DNA of 64,000 bases from positions 7,995-71,994 of the forward strand of contig JAHFDA010000005.1 of NCBI GenBank assembly GCA_023249225.1, read 5' to 3'. This DNA is from a bacterium (GTDB lineage: Bacteria; Margulisbacteria; Marinamargulisbacteria; JAHFDA01). Under the pieces are notes generated by a model. It saw nothing but the letters and a program-made list of their open reading frames with translations. It ran no database searches and was not told where the DNA came from. This document shows positions 1-9,789 of the stretch, piece by piece (the stretch's first letter is position 1; the number at the start of each line of letters is the position of its first letter). The translations under genes and the position numbers were made by a program.

Positions 1-2124
1 GGGACAAAACGCGGACAGGGTAAGGTTGTTGACGTTGGCCTCGACATAATGGAAGGGCATGAACAGCTGCCAGGGCTGTACGGTGGCGGTAATACGCACC
101 TGTACATCGCGCACCTGCCCCCGGTCAGAATAAATATGAATGTGATCCAGCGGCGTAATTTCGTAAAAGGCGGCCGTTTCGGGATTAATTTCCACCCAGG
201 CAATGGGCGCCAGCTTTTCCAGTATCGGCACGTTGCCGGTTTTGGTGCGTGTGTGCCAGTGCTCCACCGTGCGCCCGGTGTTTAGAATCAGCCGCGACGG
301 CGCTTCGGCTGCTTCGGGCATTGGTTCCGAGTGCACGGCCCAAAGTTTGGCCTTGCCGTCTTCGGTCTCAAATTGTCCGTCGTGGTACAGGCTGTCTTTG
401 CCATCGGGATGCTCTGCATTGCAGGGCCACTGGATGCCGCCCTTGCGCTCCATTGCTTCGTAGGACATGCCGCTGTAATCGCACAGGCGTCCGGCGGACA
501 CGGCCTTCATTTCTTCAAAGGCATCAGCAGACGTCTGCCAGTTGGGAAAAATCTTTTCGGTCACATTGAACGCAGCGGCAATGCGCATGAAAATCTCAAA
601 ATCAGTTTTCGCTTCGCCGGGCGCATCCACGGCCTTGCGCACACGGCTGGCGCGGCGTTCGCTGTTGGTAAAGCTGCCGTCTTTTTCGCCCCAGATTGCG
701 GCGGGCAAAACCAAATCGGCCATTTCTGTAGTCGGTGTGGGATGAAAGCCGTCCTGCGCCACCAAAAATTCCAAACCGGTACAAGCCTCGCGCAATTTGC
801 CTTGATTGGGAAAGCTGACCCAGGGGTTGGTGCCAATCACCCACAGGGCTTTGATGTCGCCGCGCTGTATGCCGTCGATGATGTCCGGATAAGCCCAACC
901 GCGCTGCGTCGGTAATGCAGAAGCATCCATCCCCCACAAGGCCGCGAGTTCCTGACGGTCGCCGGCGCTGTCGTACTTGCGGTAACCGGGCATGGAAGCG
1001 GTAAAACCAAACTCGCGCGTGCCCATGGCGTTGCACTGCCCCGTAATCGACATGGGCGCCGATCCAGTGCGTCCGATGTGGCCAGTAATCAGGGCCAGGG
1101 TGTTGATGAGGCTGACCGTATCGGTACCCTGCGTACTTTGGTTGACGCCCATGGTCCAGGCAAAAAAGGCCCGTTTGGCCTGCAAGATCGCATCAGCCGT
1201 GGCCTCAATCGCCTCAATGCTTAAACCAGTGGCTTTGGAAACAAGCTCCGGCGTATAGGCGGCCGCATGCGCCTTGAGCTGATCGAATCCGACGGTATGC
1301 GCATTTACAAAATTCTGATCCACCCCGTTTTTTTTGATGATCAGGTGAATCAGCCCGTTGAGCAAATCGACGTCTCCGCGCGGACGGATGGGCAGATAAA
1401 GATCGGCGAACATGGCGGTTTTGGTTTTACGCGGGTCGCACACGATCAGCTTTTTGTGTTGGTTTTTAAGCAGCCGATACCACAAAATCGGATGGTTGTC
1501 GGCGATATTTGCTCCAATCAAAAAAACGAGATCCGCGGTTTCGAGGCCTTGATACGAGCCCGGGGGTCCGTCCGAACCAAAACTTTGCTTGTAACCGGAT
1601 GCCGCCGAGCTCATGCATAACGTGGTGTTGCCATCAAAATGTTTTACCCCCATGCCAAGGCGCGCCAGCTTGCCGAGCGTATAAAATTCTTCCGTGACCA
1701 GTTGACCCGTGGAAAGTATCGCCACGCTTTCAGGCCCGTGTTGTGCCCGAATACGCTGCCAGCGTTCCGCCATGGTTTTGAGGGCCTCGTTCCAGTCCAC
1801 GCGTTCCAAAACCCCGGCGGAATTTTTAAGCAGCGGGTAAAGCGCGCGGTTTTCGCTTTTGAGCATGTAATGTTCGCTTAAACCCTTGGGACACAGTTTG
1901 CCTTCGTTGACCGGATGCTCCGCGTCGCCATGCACTGCAATCACTTCGTTGTCTTTAACTCCCAAAACCATGCCGCAACCCACGGAACAATAGCCGCAGG
2001 TGCTTTTAATCCAACGCTGCGGAATTTTTCGCGCCTGGGTATAGCCGTAAACCGAGTCGTAATCGTAGCGGTAATGCTCCCGCCGATTATCCACTCCCAA
2101 CCAGCGTTTGAGCTTTGCGAGCAT
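1..2124 (-). CDS. nasA: Assimilatory-type molybdopterin (Mo-bisPGD) nitrate reductase catalytic subunit, N-terminal ~700 aa; 3' end lies beyond window start
   Basis: Minus-strand translation from ATG at 2124 gives MLAKLKRWLGV...RWIKSTCGYCSVGCGMVLGVKDNEVIAVHGDAEHP. This is the N-terminal CxxCxxxC 4Fe-4S motif of Mo-bisPGD enzymes. Further in frame: YQGLETADLVFLIGANIADNHPILWYRLLKNQHKKLIV. There is no twin-arginine signal, so the protein is cytoplasmic and assimilatory-type. The ATG overlaps the TGA of the upstream gene (ATGA). It is absent from the ORF track only because its stop is outside the window. Confidence 0.8.
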   Translation of the reverse strand, partial: MLAKLKRWLGVDNRREHYRYDYDSVYGYTQARKIPQRWIKSTCGYCSVGCGMVLGVKDNEVIAVHGDAEHPVNEGKLCPKGLSEHYMLKSENRALYPLLKNSAGVLERVDWNEALKTMAERWQRIRAQHGPESVAILSTGQLVTEEFYTLGKLARLGMGVKHFDGNTTLCMSSAASGYKQSFGSDGPPGSYQGLETADLVFLIGANIADNHPILWYRLLKNQHKKLIVCDPRKTKTAMFADLYLPIRPRGDVDLLNGLIHLIIKKNGVDQNFVNAHTVGFDQLKAHAAAYTPELVSKATGLSIEAIEATADAILQAKRAFFAWTMGVNQSTQGTDTVSLINTLALITGHIGRTGSAPMSITGQCNAMGTREFGFTASMPGYRKYDSAGDRQELAALWGMDASALPTQRGWAYPDIIDGIQRGDIKALWVIGTNPWVSFPNQGKLREACTGLEFLVAQDGFHPTPTTEMADLVLPAAIWGEKDGSFTNSERRASRVRKAVDAPGEAKTDFEIFMRIAAAFNVTEKIFPNWQTSADAFEEMKAVSAGRLCDYSGMSYEAMERKGGIQWPCNAEHPDGKDSLYHDGQFETEDGKAKLWAVHSEPMPEAAEAPSRLILNTGRTVEHWHTRTKTGNVPILEKLAPIAWVEINPETAAFYEITPLDHIHIYSDRGQVRDVQVRITATVQPWQLFMPFHYVEANVNNLTLSAFCP

Positions 2125-3773
2125 CAGCGTGGGGCTCCAGCGGCCTGCTGGGCGGCGATCAAAAAGTTGCCCGGAATATTTTTAGGCACGACCGTCACAT
2201 AAAACAGGTAACGCGTGATCAGGCTGTAAGCAACCTGCACGGCCAGCGTCCCAAATAAAAACAGCACGTCGTAGGCCGAAGTCACTGCGCCACGCACGGT
2301 CAGCCAGTAAAACAGCAGTATCAGTGTGCTGCCCGCCAGCACATTGCGCAGTCCGCGCAGGCGGTAAAACCATTGCGTATACAACTGAGCCGTGGCCTTG
2401 AGTTCATCCACTGCGCTGTGGGCGCGTTGTTTCAATGTATAAGCGTTCAGTACAGATTTCAGCGCAAGGACAATTCCGCAACTGGCCAGGGAAAAACAAA
2501 GATAAACACGGTAGGACTCGGCCGGACGCTGCGTTAAAAATCCGGACAGCGCCAGCGCACAGGCCACCGTCAACGGACCCAAAATCAAGGCGGTCGAATA
2601 AAAATTCCATGTGGTTTTAACGCTGTTCCACGCGGGCCGGGCGGGTACGCGGTAAATGCGCGAACTGGCGTAGATCCCTATTAAGCCGCTGACACAGGTG
2701 GATGCTCCGAGTAGCCAGCGTAGGGGCGAAGCGCCCCAAACAGCGCTATTCAGCCAGCCAAGGCCATCGGTCAGGAGCAAAAATACGACATATAACGAGG
2801 CCATTTGGGCGAACAAGCCCAGGGCCAGCACTTCCCGCGAAAGCCATGATGTCCGCCAACACTTGATGGCCCGGTAAGCGTAAATGGGTCGCCCCAAATG
2901 CAGCGTCGAGGCCAGCAGTGACACTAACGTTACCGCCAGCATGGAGGCCGAAAAATAAACCGTGGTCTTGCCCCACGGATTGGCTGCGGAGAGCGTGAGG
3001 TGTTGCAACACGTCAAAAAGAAAGGCAAAGATAAAGCCCCCCACGGCCATTTGGGTAAAGATGGTCATGGCAATCAGCGGAGAATGTGGCTGTTCGGGAT
3101 GCACCAGCGCCTGGTCTACTTTTTTAAAGTCAGCGATGTTCATTCCGACTGGCAGGGTGATTTTGGTGGACGGAATGGTAATGGCCGGATCCGGCATGGC
3201 GGGACCCTGCCCCACTTCCATATATGTAGCTAAAACCTCCCCCACGGTAACCTTTTCGATTTTGATGGCTTCGGCTGGACAGGCTTGAACACAAGCGGGA
3301 TCCTGTCCGGCTTCCAAGCGGTTGTGGCACATGTCACATTTGGTCACAATGCCCCGGTCGGCTTGATACACCGGCACCCCGTAAGGGCAGGCCCAGGTGC
3401 AGTACTGGCAACCAATGCAGCTCTCGTCATCGTGTATCACCACGCCTTTATCGGTGACGTGATACGAATCTGTAGGACAAGCCGACATGCAGGCAGCATC
3501 CAGACAGTGGTTGCAGCCGCTGGAGACAAACAACTTTTGCGTATGCGGAAAAGAGCCCGCTTCCACCTCACCCACCCGCCGCCACACGTGTTCGGGTGAA
3601 AGACCGTTTTGTTCGGCACAAGCTACCTCGCAGGAATGGCAGCCAATACATTGATCCATATGGAAATGGAAGCGCCACTGTTCTTGAGCCGGGTTACGCA
3701 AACCGGGTATATGGGGAACTGAAACGGGTTTACCACTAGGCGTTGTTGCGACCACTGTTTTTAAGACTCGCAC
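2124..3773 (-). CDS. Fusion protein: four-cluster [4Fe-4S] ferredoxin subunit (DmsB/NrfC/PsrB/HybA-like) N-terminal half plus NrfD/PsrC-like polytopic membrane (quinol dehydrogenase-type) C-terminal half
   Basis: Four Cys motifs are present: CIGCHSCEVAC, CNHCLDAACMSACP, CIGCQYCTWACP and CDMCHN...CVQACP. They are followed by about 320 aa with about 8 hydrophobic helices. There is no signal peptide. The stop overlaps the nasA start. Confidence 0.7.
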   Translation of the reverse strand: MRVLKTVVATTPSGKPVSVPHIPGLRNPAQEQWRFHFHMDQCIGCHSCEVACAEQNGLSPEHVWRRVGEVEAGSFPHTQKLFVSSGCNHCLDAACMSACPTDSYHVTDKGVVIHDDESCIGCQYCTWACPYGVPVYQADRGIVTKCDMCHNRLEAGQDPACVQACPAEAIKIEKVTVGEVLATYMEVGQGPAMPDPAITIPSTKITLPVGMNIADFKKVDQALVHPEQPHSPLIAMTIFTQMAVGGFIFAFLFDVLQHLTLSAANPWGKTTVYFSASMLAVTLVSLLASTLHLGRPIYAYRAIKCWRTSWLSREVLALGLFAQMASLYVVFLLLTDGLGWLNSAVWGASPLRWLLGASTCVSGLIGIYASSRIYRVPARPAWNSVKTTWNFYSTALILGPLTVACALALSGFLTQRPAESYRVYLCFSLASCGIVLALKSVLNAYTLKQRAHSAVDELKATAQLYTQWFYRLRGLRNVLAGSTLILLFYWLTVRGAVTSAYDVLFLFGTLAVQVAYSLITRYLFYVTVVPKNIPGNFLIAAQQAAGAPR

Positions 3774-3898
3774 TTTTTATACCAATAGATACACATAAAA
3801 ACCCAATGTAATTAATACAAAAATGTAGAAAGATACTAAATTGTAGTATTTTATTGGTTTTTTAAGTGGCATAAAGTCTGCATCCTTACTTTGGACAA
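3774..3898. promoter_or_regulatory. AT-rich divergent intergenic region between the FeS-membrane/nasA operon (-) and nirBD-narK-mobA operon (+); probable divergent promoters and regulator sites
   Basis: 125 bp at about 25% GC between two divergent start codons. Contains TGTA-N5-TACA and other GTA...TAC dyads. No sigma factor consensus could be assigned confidently. Confidence 0.4.
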
Positions 3899-6829
3899 AT
3901 GGGTATGCACAGCCAGGCTTCCGCACTTCCTTCAATCATCGTTGTTGGCAATGGCATGGTGGGCCATAAGTTTGTTGAAAAAATGGTGGCCAAAGGTGGG
4001 CATGAACGTTACCGCATCACGGTCATTGGCGAAGAAACCATGCATGCCTATGACCGTGTGCACCTCACCAGTTATTTTTCCGGAAAATCAGCCGACGACT
4101 TGCAACTGACGCCACGCACCTGGTACGAACAAAACGGCATCACGCACGTGACTGGTGAAAAAGTGGTGCTGATCGACCGGGAGCAACGGTGCGTGCGTAC
4201 CTCCCAGGATCGAGTATTGTTTTACGACCACCTGGTGATGGCTACCGGATCGGCGCCGCTTGTGCCCGCCATTGCCGGTGTCGATAAAAACGGTGTTTTT
4301 GTTTATCGCACCATCGACGATTTGAAAGCGATCGAAGCCTTTAGCAAGCAAGCCCGTTGCGCCGCCGTCATTGGCGGAGGTTTGCTGGGGCTCGAAGCCG
4401 CGAAAGCCCTTGTTGATCTCGGCTTGCAAACGCACGTCATCGAATTTGCCGATCGTCTGATGCCCCGGCAGATTGATAACGCCGGGTCACGCTTTTTAGA
4501 AAACGAAATCAAAAAGCTGGGTGTGCAGATCCATTTATCCAAAAGCACCCAGGCCATTTTGGGCAATGGTCACGTGCAGGGCATGGCGTTTAACGACGCC
4601 AGCACTCTGGAAGTAGACATGGTGGTCGTCTCGGCCGGCATACGCCCGCGTGACGAGCTGGCGCGGGCATGTGGCCTGGAGGTCGGGCAACGTGGAGGCA
4701 TTGCGGTCAACGACCGTCTGCAAAGTTCTGACCCCGGCATCTACGCCATTGGCGAGGTAGCCCTGCACCAGAACATGATCTACGGCCTCGTGGCACCGGG
4801 CTATGCCATGGCGGAAGTACTCGCCCGCAATTTTATGGGCGAGGAACAATCGTTCCGTGGCGCTGATCTGTCGACCAAACTCAAACTGCTTGGCGTAGAA
4901 GTGGCCAACATTGGCAGCACCGCCAGTGACGATGCCTCCTGTCTTCCGATCATTTATCAGGACCACCAAAAAGGCGTTTATCAAAAACTGTTCATCAGTT
5001 CCGACGGACGCCAGCTTAAGGGTGCCATCCTGGTAGGCGATGCTTCGCCTTATCATCAGCTCTATCAGATTTATGCCGGACAAACGCCCATGCCGGCCGC
5101 TGTGGACAGCCTCTTGTGGGGCGGTAAAACCGCAAGCACTACTCAAAGCGGTTCCCAAAATATGGCTGACCACGCGCAAGTCTGCGTTTGCGAAAACGTG
5201 TCCAAAGGCGTCATTTGCTCGGCGATACGTGAGCAAAAGCTCGACAAGATCTCCCAGATCAAATCAAGCACCAAGGCGGGCACGGGTTGCGGGGGTTGTG
5301 TGCCGCTGCTGAATGAGCTTTTGCAGGCCGAATTAAAAGCCCAGGGACAGGCCGTTAAAAAAACCATCTGCGAGCACTTTTTGTTTTCGCGCCACGAGTT
5401 GTTTGAGATCGTCAAAGTCAAAAAAATAAAAAGTTTCGAAGCGCTGTTGCAGAGTCACGGCCGTGGCCAGGGTTGCGAAGTGTGCAAACCGGCGGTCGCC
5501 TCCATTCTGGCCGGGATATGGAACGAGTGGATCATTGATCATCAAAATATCCAGGATACCAACGACCGCTACCTGGCCAACATCCAGCGCGGAGGCACCT
5601 ACTCCATCATTCCGCGCGTGCCGGGCGGCGAAATTACGCCGGACAAGCTTATCGCTCTGGGTGCCATTGCTAAACAATACGACCTCTACTGCAAAATCAC
5701 GGGCGGGCAGCGCATAGATTTACTCGGTGCGCGCGTGGAGCAACTTCCTTCTATATGGGAAGCTTTGGTAGAGGCCGGTTTTGAAAGTGGTCATGCCTAC
5801 GGCAAGGCCATGCGCACCGTTAAAAGCTGCATTGGCACAACGTGGTGCCGTTACGGCGTGCAAGATTCCACGTCCTTTGCCATCCGCATCGAAGAACGTT
5901 ACCGTGGCATCCGCGCCCCGCACAAACTCAAGGCCGCCGCATCGGGCTGCATGCGCGAGTGCGCCGAAGCCCAGTGCAAGGACTTTGGCGTGGTGGCTAC
6001 CGAAAAAGGCTGGAACCTGTTTGTGTGCGGCAACGGCGGGGCCAAGCCCCAGCACGCCCAGCTTTTGGCCACGGATATTGATGAAGACACCTGCATCAAG
6101 TACCTCGACCGATTTCTGATGTACTACATCCAAACCGCCGACCCGCTGACGCGCACCGCCCCCTGGCTAAACAAACTCGAAGGCGGCATGGATCACATCA
6201 AGGCCGTGGTGATTGCGGACGAGTTGGGTATTTGCGCGCAACTCGAAAAAGACATGGCGTACCTGGTAGACGGCTACCAGTGCGAGTGGAAGATGGTGGT
6301 CGAAGATCCTGAAAAGCGCCGTCTGTTTACGCACTTTATCAACAGCTCCGAAGCGGATCCAGCGTTGCAGTTTGTGGAAGAACGTGGACAAAAGCGCCCC
6401 GCCGACTGGGCCGACCACTCCGAGAGTCAGACCCAGCTTTCCGTCGGCCCGCTGGCCTGGTACGCCGTGGCACCTGTGATTGCCTTTCCGGAAAATGCCG
6501 GCGTGGCGGTCAAATACGGTAATACTCAAATCGCCGTATTCAACTTTAACCATCGTCAAAATTGGTACGCCAGCCAGAACATGTGTCCGCACCGAAAGGA
6601 TATGACGCTGGCGCGCGGGCTGCTCGGATCCCACGGCGAGGATCCCAAGGTGGCCTGCCCGCTGCACAAAAAAACCTTTAGCCTTACGCATGGCGGCTGT
6701 TTAAGCGGCGAGGACTATCGTATTCAAACCTTTCCGGTGAAAGTTGAAAACCAGCATGTATATGTGCAACTACCCAGCGTTGAAGTTTTGGAGGAGAAAA
6801 CTTGCGAAAAGAGTCTGGCATGTCCGTAG
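3899..6829 (+). CDS. nirB: NAD(P)H-dependent assimilatory nitrite reductase, NirB large subunit fused to NirD Rieske-type small subunit (976 aa)
   Basis: N-terminal FAD/NAD Rossmann motif (IIVVGNGMVGHKF). BFD-like 2Fe-2S region (CVCENVSKGVICSAI; GTGCGGCVP). Sirohaem/4Fe-4S nitrite/sulfite reductase domain (SCIGTTWCRYG; SGCMRECAEAQCKDFG). C-terminal Rieske-like CPH...CPLH motif (CPHRKDMTLARGLL...ACPLHKKTF). Confidence 0.9.
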   Translation: MGMHSQASALPSIIVVGNGMVGHKFVEKMVAKGGHERYRITVIGEETMHAYDRVHLTSYFSGKSADDLQLTPRTWYEQNGITHVTGEKVVLIDREQRCVRTSQDRVLFYDHLVMATGSAPLVPAIAGVDKNGVFVYRTIDDLKAIEAFSKQARCAAVIGGGLLGLEAAKALVDLGLQTHVIEFADRLMPRQIDNAGSRFLENEIKKLGVQIHLSKSTQAILGNGHVQGMAFNDASTLEVDMVVVSAGIRPRDELARACGLEVGQRGGIAVNDRLQSSDPGIYAIGEVALHQNMIYGLVAPGYAMAEVLARNFMGEEQSFRGADLSTKLKLLGVEVANIGSTASDDASCLPIIYQDHQKGVYQKLFISSDGRQLKGAILVGDASPYHQLYQIYAGQTPMPAAVDSLLWGGKTASTTQSGSQNMADHAQVCVCENVSKGVICSAIREQKLDKISQIKSSTKAGTGCGGCVPLLNELLQAELKAQGQAVKKTICEHFLFSRHELFEIVKVKKIKSFEALLQSHGRGQGCEVCKPAVASILAGIWNEWIIDHQNIQDTNDRYLANIQRGGTYSIIPRVPGGEITPDKLIALGAIAKQYDLYCKITGGQRIDLLGARVEQLPSIWEALVEAGFESGHAYGKAMRTVKSCIGTTWCRYGVQDSTSFAIRIEERYRGIRAPHKLKAAASGCMRECAEAQCKDFGVVATEKGWNLFVCGNGGAKPQHAQLLATDIDEDTCIKYLDRFLMYYIQTADPLTRTAPWLNKLEGGMDHIKAVVIADELGICAQLEKDMAYLVDGYQCEWKMVVEDPEKRRLFTHFINSSEADPALQFVEERGQKRPADWADHSESQTQLSVGPLAWYAVAPVIAFPENAGVAVKYGNTQIAVFNFNHRQNWYASQNMCPHRKDMTLARGLLGSHGEDPKVACPLHKKTFSLTHGGCLSGEDYRIQTFPVKVENQHVYVQLPSVEVLEEKTCEKSLACP

Positions 6830-8247
6830 AAATCGCCACCTTGCCACCCATCGACCACACATGCACAGCATCTGCCGCAGGATCAGCCATCGAACTTTGG
6901 AATCCGGAGGATCACGAATTTTGGCGCATCCGGGGCCAATACGTGGCGAGGCGCAATCTGGTATTTTCTATTTTTGCGGAATTTTTGGCCTTTTCGGTGT
7001 GGCAGCTATGGAGCATTTTGGTGGTCAAATTTCCTGCCCTGGGATTTCCGTTTGATACAAATCAATTATTCTGGCTGGCGGCGGTACCTGGGCTGACCGG
7101 CGCAACGCTGCGCATTCCATACGCGCTGGCCGTCTCGCGCCTGGGCGGACGCAACTGGACGCTGATCAGCACAGCGCTCCTGCTTCTCCCGGCCATTGGA
7201 ATCGGTTATTGCGTTCAAGATCCGCATACGTCTTATGGCGTCTTTTTAACGCTGGCGCTGCTGTGCGGTTTTGGCGGCGGCAGCTTTGCCTCCAGCATGG
7301 CCAACATCAATCACTTTTTTCCCAAACGACTCAAAGGAGTAGCCCTTGGATTAAACGCGGCCGGAGGAAACATTGGCGTCAGCGTGGTGCAGTGGCTGGC
7401 ACCGCTTGCCATGGTGGTTCCCTTGTTTGGCGCATGGGGTGGAGCGCCGCAGATACTTTCAGGAACACAATCGGTCTGGTTGCAAAACGTGGCGTGGATC
7501 TGGGTTCCGCTGATTGCCATGGCGCTGCTGACCACCTGGTTTTTTATGGATAACCTGCCGGTGGCAAAAGCCTCGTTTAAGGAGCAGATTCCGGTGTTCA
7601 AACAAAAGCACAGCTGGATACTCTCGTGGATGTATCTTGGAACTTTCGGTTCGTTTATCGGCTACTCTGCCGGCTTTCCGCTGCTGATCAAGTCGCAGTT
7701 TGCGGGCGTTAATCCGCTGCAGTTTGCTTTTCTGGGCCCACTGGTCGGCGCGATGATCCGTCCCGTGGGCGGTTGGCTTGCCGATAAATTTGGCGGCGCG
7801 CGGGTTACGTTTTGGAATTTTATTTTGATGACCGTGGCCACGTTAGGCGTGGTTTACTTTTTGAATATCAAGGATCAGCCGGGTGCTTTTGCGGGGTTCT
7901 TTGTGATGTTCATGATTTTGTTTTTTGCGGCGGGCATCGGCAACGGCTCCATTTACCGCATGGTGCCGGTTATATTTCTCACGTTGCGGCAGCGCAAGCA
8001 GGCCACCCATTCCGTCAGCGGCAGTGACTTGGCGCAGTTGGCCAACAAAGAAGCCGGAGTGGCCATTGGACTGACCTCGGCCATTGCTGCGTATGGCGCT
8101 TTTTTTGTTCCGAAAAGTTACGGCAGCGCCATTGCCCTTACCGGTACGCCGCAAATGGCCCTGCTGGGTTTTGTCGGATTCTATGTCACCTGCCTGGTCA
8201 TTAACTGGTGGTTTTATTTTCGGAGGCGCGCGGAGATTCAGTGTTGA
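6802..8247 (+). CDS. narK: Nitrate/nitrite transporter, MFS nitrate-nitrite porter family (NarK/NasA-type); start may be the ATG at 6820
   Basis: 12-TM MFS protein with NNP signature-like segments (GFGGGSFASSMANINHFFPKRLKGVALGLNAAGGNIGVSVVQ). Overlaps the nirBD stop. Confidence 0.85.
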   Translation: MRKESGMSVEIATLPPIDHTCTASAAGSAIELWNPEDHEFWRIRGQYVARRNLVFSIFAEFLAFSVWQLWSILVVKFPALGFPFDTNQLFWLAAVPGLTGATLRIPYALAVSRLGGRNWTLISTALLLLPAIGIGYCVQDPHTSYGVFLTLALLCGFGGGSFASSMANINHFFPKRLKGVALGLNAAGGNIGVSVVQWLAPLAMVVPLFGAWGGAPQILSGTQSVWLQNVAWIWVPLIAMALLTTWFFMDNLPVAKASFKEQIPVFKQKHSWILSWMYLGTFGSFIGYSAGFPLLIKSQFAGVNPLQFAFLGPLVGAMIRPVGGWLADKFGGARVTFWNFILMTVATLGVVYFLNIKDQPGAFAGFFVMFMILFFAAGIGNGSIYRMVPVIFLTLRQRKQATHSVSGSDLAQLANKEAGVAIGLTSAIAAYGAFFVPKSYGSAIALTGTPQMALLGFVGFYVTCLVINWWFYFRRRAEIQC

Positions 8248-8891
8248 CCGTTTTCATTCTGCTGGGAGGCCAAAGCCGTCGCATGGGCCAGCCCAAGCAG
8301 CTTGTTTCGCTGGGTTCCGAGCCTGCGTGGTTGCGGATGGTGCAGCTTGTAAGGTCCTTGCGACACGTGGATTCTCGTATCGTTTTAGTAGGCAAGCAAG
8401 CCCCGGATCATTTACCCGCAGACGTCACTTTTCTTCCGGACATATTGGACGCTCAAAATCCACTCATCGGAATTGCCACCGCTCTCGCCTGGACGCAAAG
8501 CGACTGGAATCTTATTTTGGCGGTCGACTATCCTTTACTTATTCCGGCTGTGATTGAAGCGCTCGAAGCTGCCAGAGCTTCCAATGATGACGTTTGTATT
8601 CCGTCCGAAGGCGATACATGGCATCCGCTGGTGGGTTTCTATCACCGCCGGGTGGCAAAAGTGGTCGAGCAGGCAGCGCAAAATCCGTCCGGGCGTGTGC
8701 GCGATTTTTTGCAGGGACTGCGCGTGCGTGTGGTTTCGCTGGATACTCTACTTCCGGAAAAATCCTTTCACGAGGCTTTGCTCAATATGAATTGTCCGGA
8801 GGATTTGCGTAAAGTCCAGCGTTTAGTCAGCCAGGATGATCAGCAAAGACCTTGTTCAAAATACAATGACATTCGTTTACATAATATGTAA
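8241..8891 (+). CDS. mobA: Molybdenum cofactor guanylyltransferase MobA; last ~20 codons lie in AT-rich inserted DNA
   Basis: LTVFILLGGQSRRMG matches the MobA GTP-binding motif LAGGxSxRMG. A GTG at 8241 is preceded by GGAG and overlaps the narK stop. The ORF track gives 8208 as an alternative upstream start. Confidence 0.75.
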   Translation: MLTVFILLGGQSRRMGQPKQLVSLGSEPAWLRMVQLVRSLRHVDSRIVLVGKQAPDHLPADVTFLPDILDAQNPLIGIATALAWTQSDWNLILAVDYPLLIPAVIEALEAARASNDDVCIPSEGDTWHPLVGFYHRRVAKVVEQAAQNPSGRVRDFLQGLRVRVVSLDTLLPEKSFHEALLNMNCPEDLRKVQRLVSQDDQQRPCSKYNDIRLHNM

Positions 8892-8901
8892 AATCTGTAA
8901 A

Positions 8902-9789
8902 ATGTCCGACCCCCATAATCAGCAACCTTTAGCAGAAGTATTTGGGTATCCCATAACAAACGAAAGCGAAAATGCAACGCGTTGTCGCCGACTGCGATTA
9001 TGTCCTTTTGGAAACAGGGTGCCTAATTGCACAAAAGATAAAGCCAATGACCCATTAGGGGTATGCAGTATTTTTGACGACAAAAATGTTGTAATTACCT
9101 GTCCGATAAGATTTAGAGAAAATTGGATTATCGCCGAAGATGCCGCGCAGTTCTTTTTTCCATCAAAAACCACCTGGACAACCTTGACAGAAGTACGTTT
9201 AAAAGACGCCCATGGTAAATCGGCGGGGAACATTGATGTGGTCATATGCGCGTACGATCATTTCGGTAAAGTGACTGACTTTGGAGCTTTAGAAGTTCAA
9301 GCGGTATATATTTCAGGCAATGTTAGAAATCCCTTTGAATTCTATATAAAAAATCCGAAAAAAAACAAAACCATGGTTTGGCAGGGTCACCCCAATTACC
9401 CCAACCCGGACTATCTGTCGTCTTCTCGAAAACGTCTGGCCCCTCAACTCATATACAAAGGCGGAATATTAAAAACCTGGAATAAAAAGGTTGCGGTTGC
9501 GCTGAACCGTGGTTTTTTTGAAACACTTCCGGTTTTAAATGAAGTTGCCCCCGAAAAGGCAGATATCGCCTGGTTTGTATACGATCTGGCTTTGGATAAA
9601 CGTTCCAATACCTTTAAATTAAAGCGTTACAAAAGCGTTTACACTAAGTTTGGCGATAGTCTGGAAAAAATAACCCGATCTGATCCCGGCGATATATCTG
9701 ACTTTATGGGATTGCTGCAGGAAAGAGTCGACGAAAAACTCGAGGGCAACAACCCCCCGGATACCCAAACCATCGATGTTACCTTCTAG
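8902..9789 (+). CDS. Type II restriction endonuclease, NotI family (N-terminal Fe-Cys4 motif plus PD-(D/E)xK-like core with ExQ)
   Basis: VFGYPI...CRRLRLCPFGNRVPNCTKDKANDPLGVCSIF...VVITCPIRF aligns with the NotI N-terminus FGHRVYPE...TCPFL...CVKAETSRGVCVV...LVCPNR. NIDVVICAYDHFGKVTDFGALEVQAVY aligns with the NotI catalytic segment ...YGVLEIQTM. Low GC, about 38%. Start taken at internal Met 23 of ORF 8836..9789. Confidence 0.7.
   Translation: MSDPHNQQPLAEVFGYPITNESENATRCRRLRLCPFGNRVPNCTKDKANDPLGVCSIFDDKNVVITCPIRFRENWIIAEDAAQFFFPSKTTWTTLTEVRLKDAHGKSAGNIDVVICAYDHFGKVTDFGALEVQAVYISGNVRNPFEFYIKNPKKNKTMVWQGHPNYPNPDYLSSSRKRLAPQLIYKGGILKTWNKKVAVALNRGFFETLPVLNEVAPEKADIAWFVYDLALDKRSNTFKLKRYKSVYTKFGDSLEKITRSDPGDISDFMGLLQERVDEKLEGNNPPDTQTIDVTF

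Noticed and set aside
49-2202. Multiple plus-strand ORFs of 60-194 aa in the ORF track (e.g. 331..915, 1267..1620, 1915..2202)
   Set aside because: They are antisense to a continuous minus-strand reading frame. That frame encodes a clearly recognisable Mo-bisPGD nitrate reductase, which was not listed only because its stop lies beyond the window edge.
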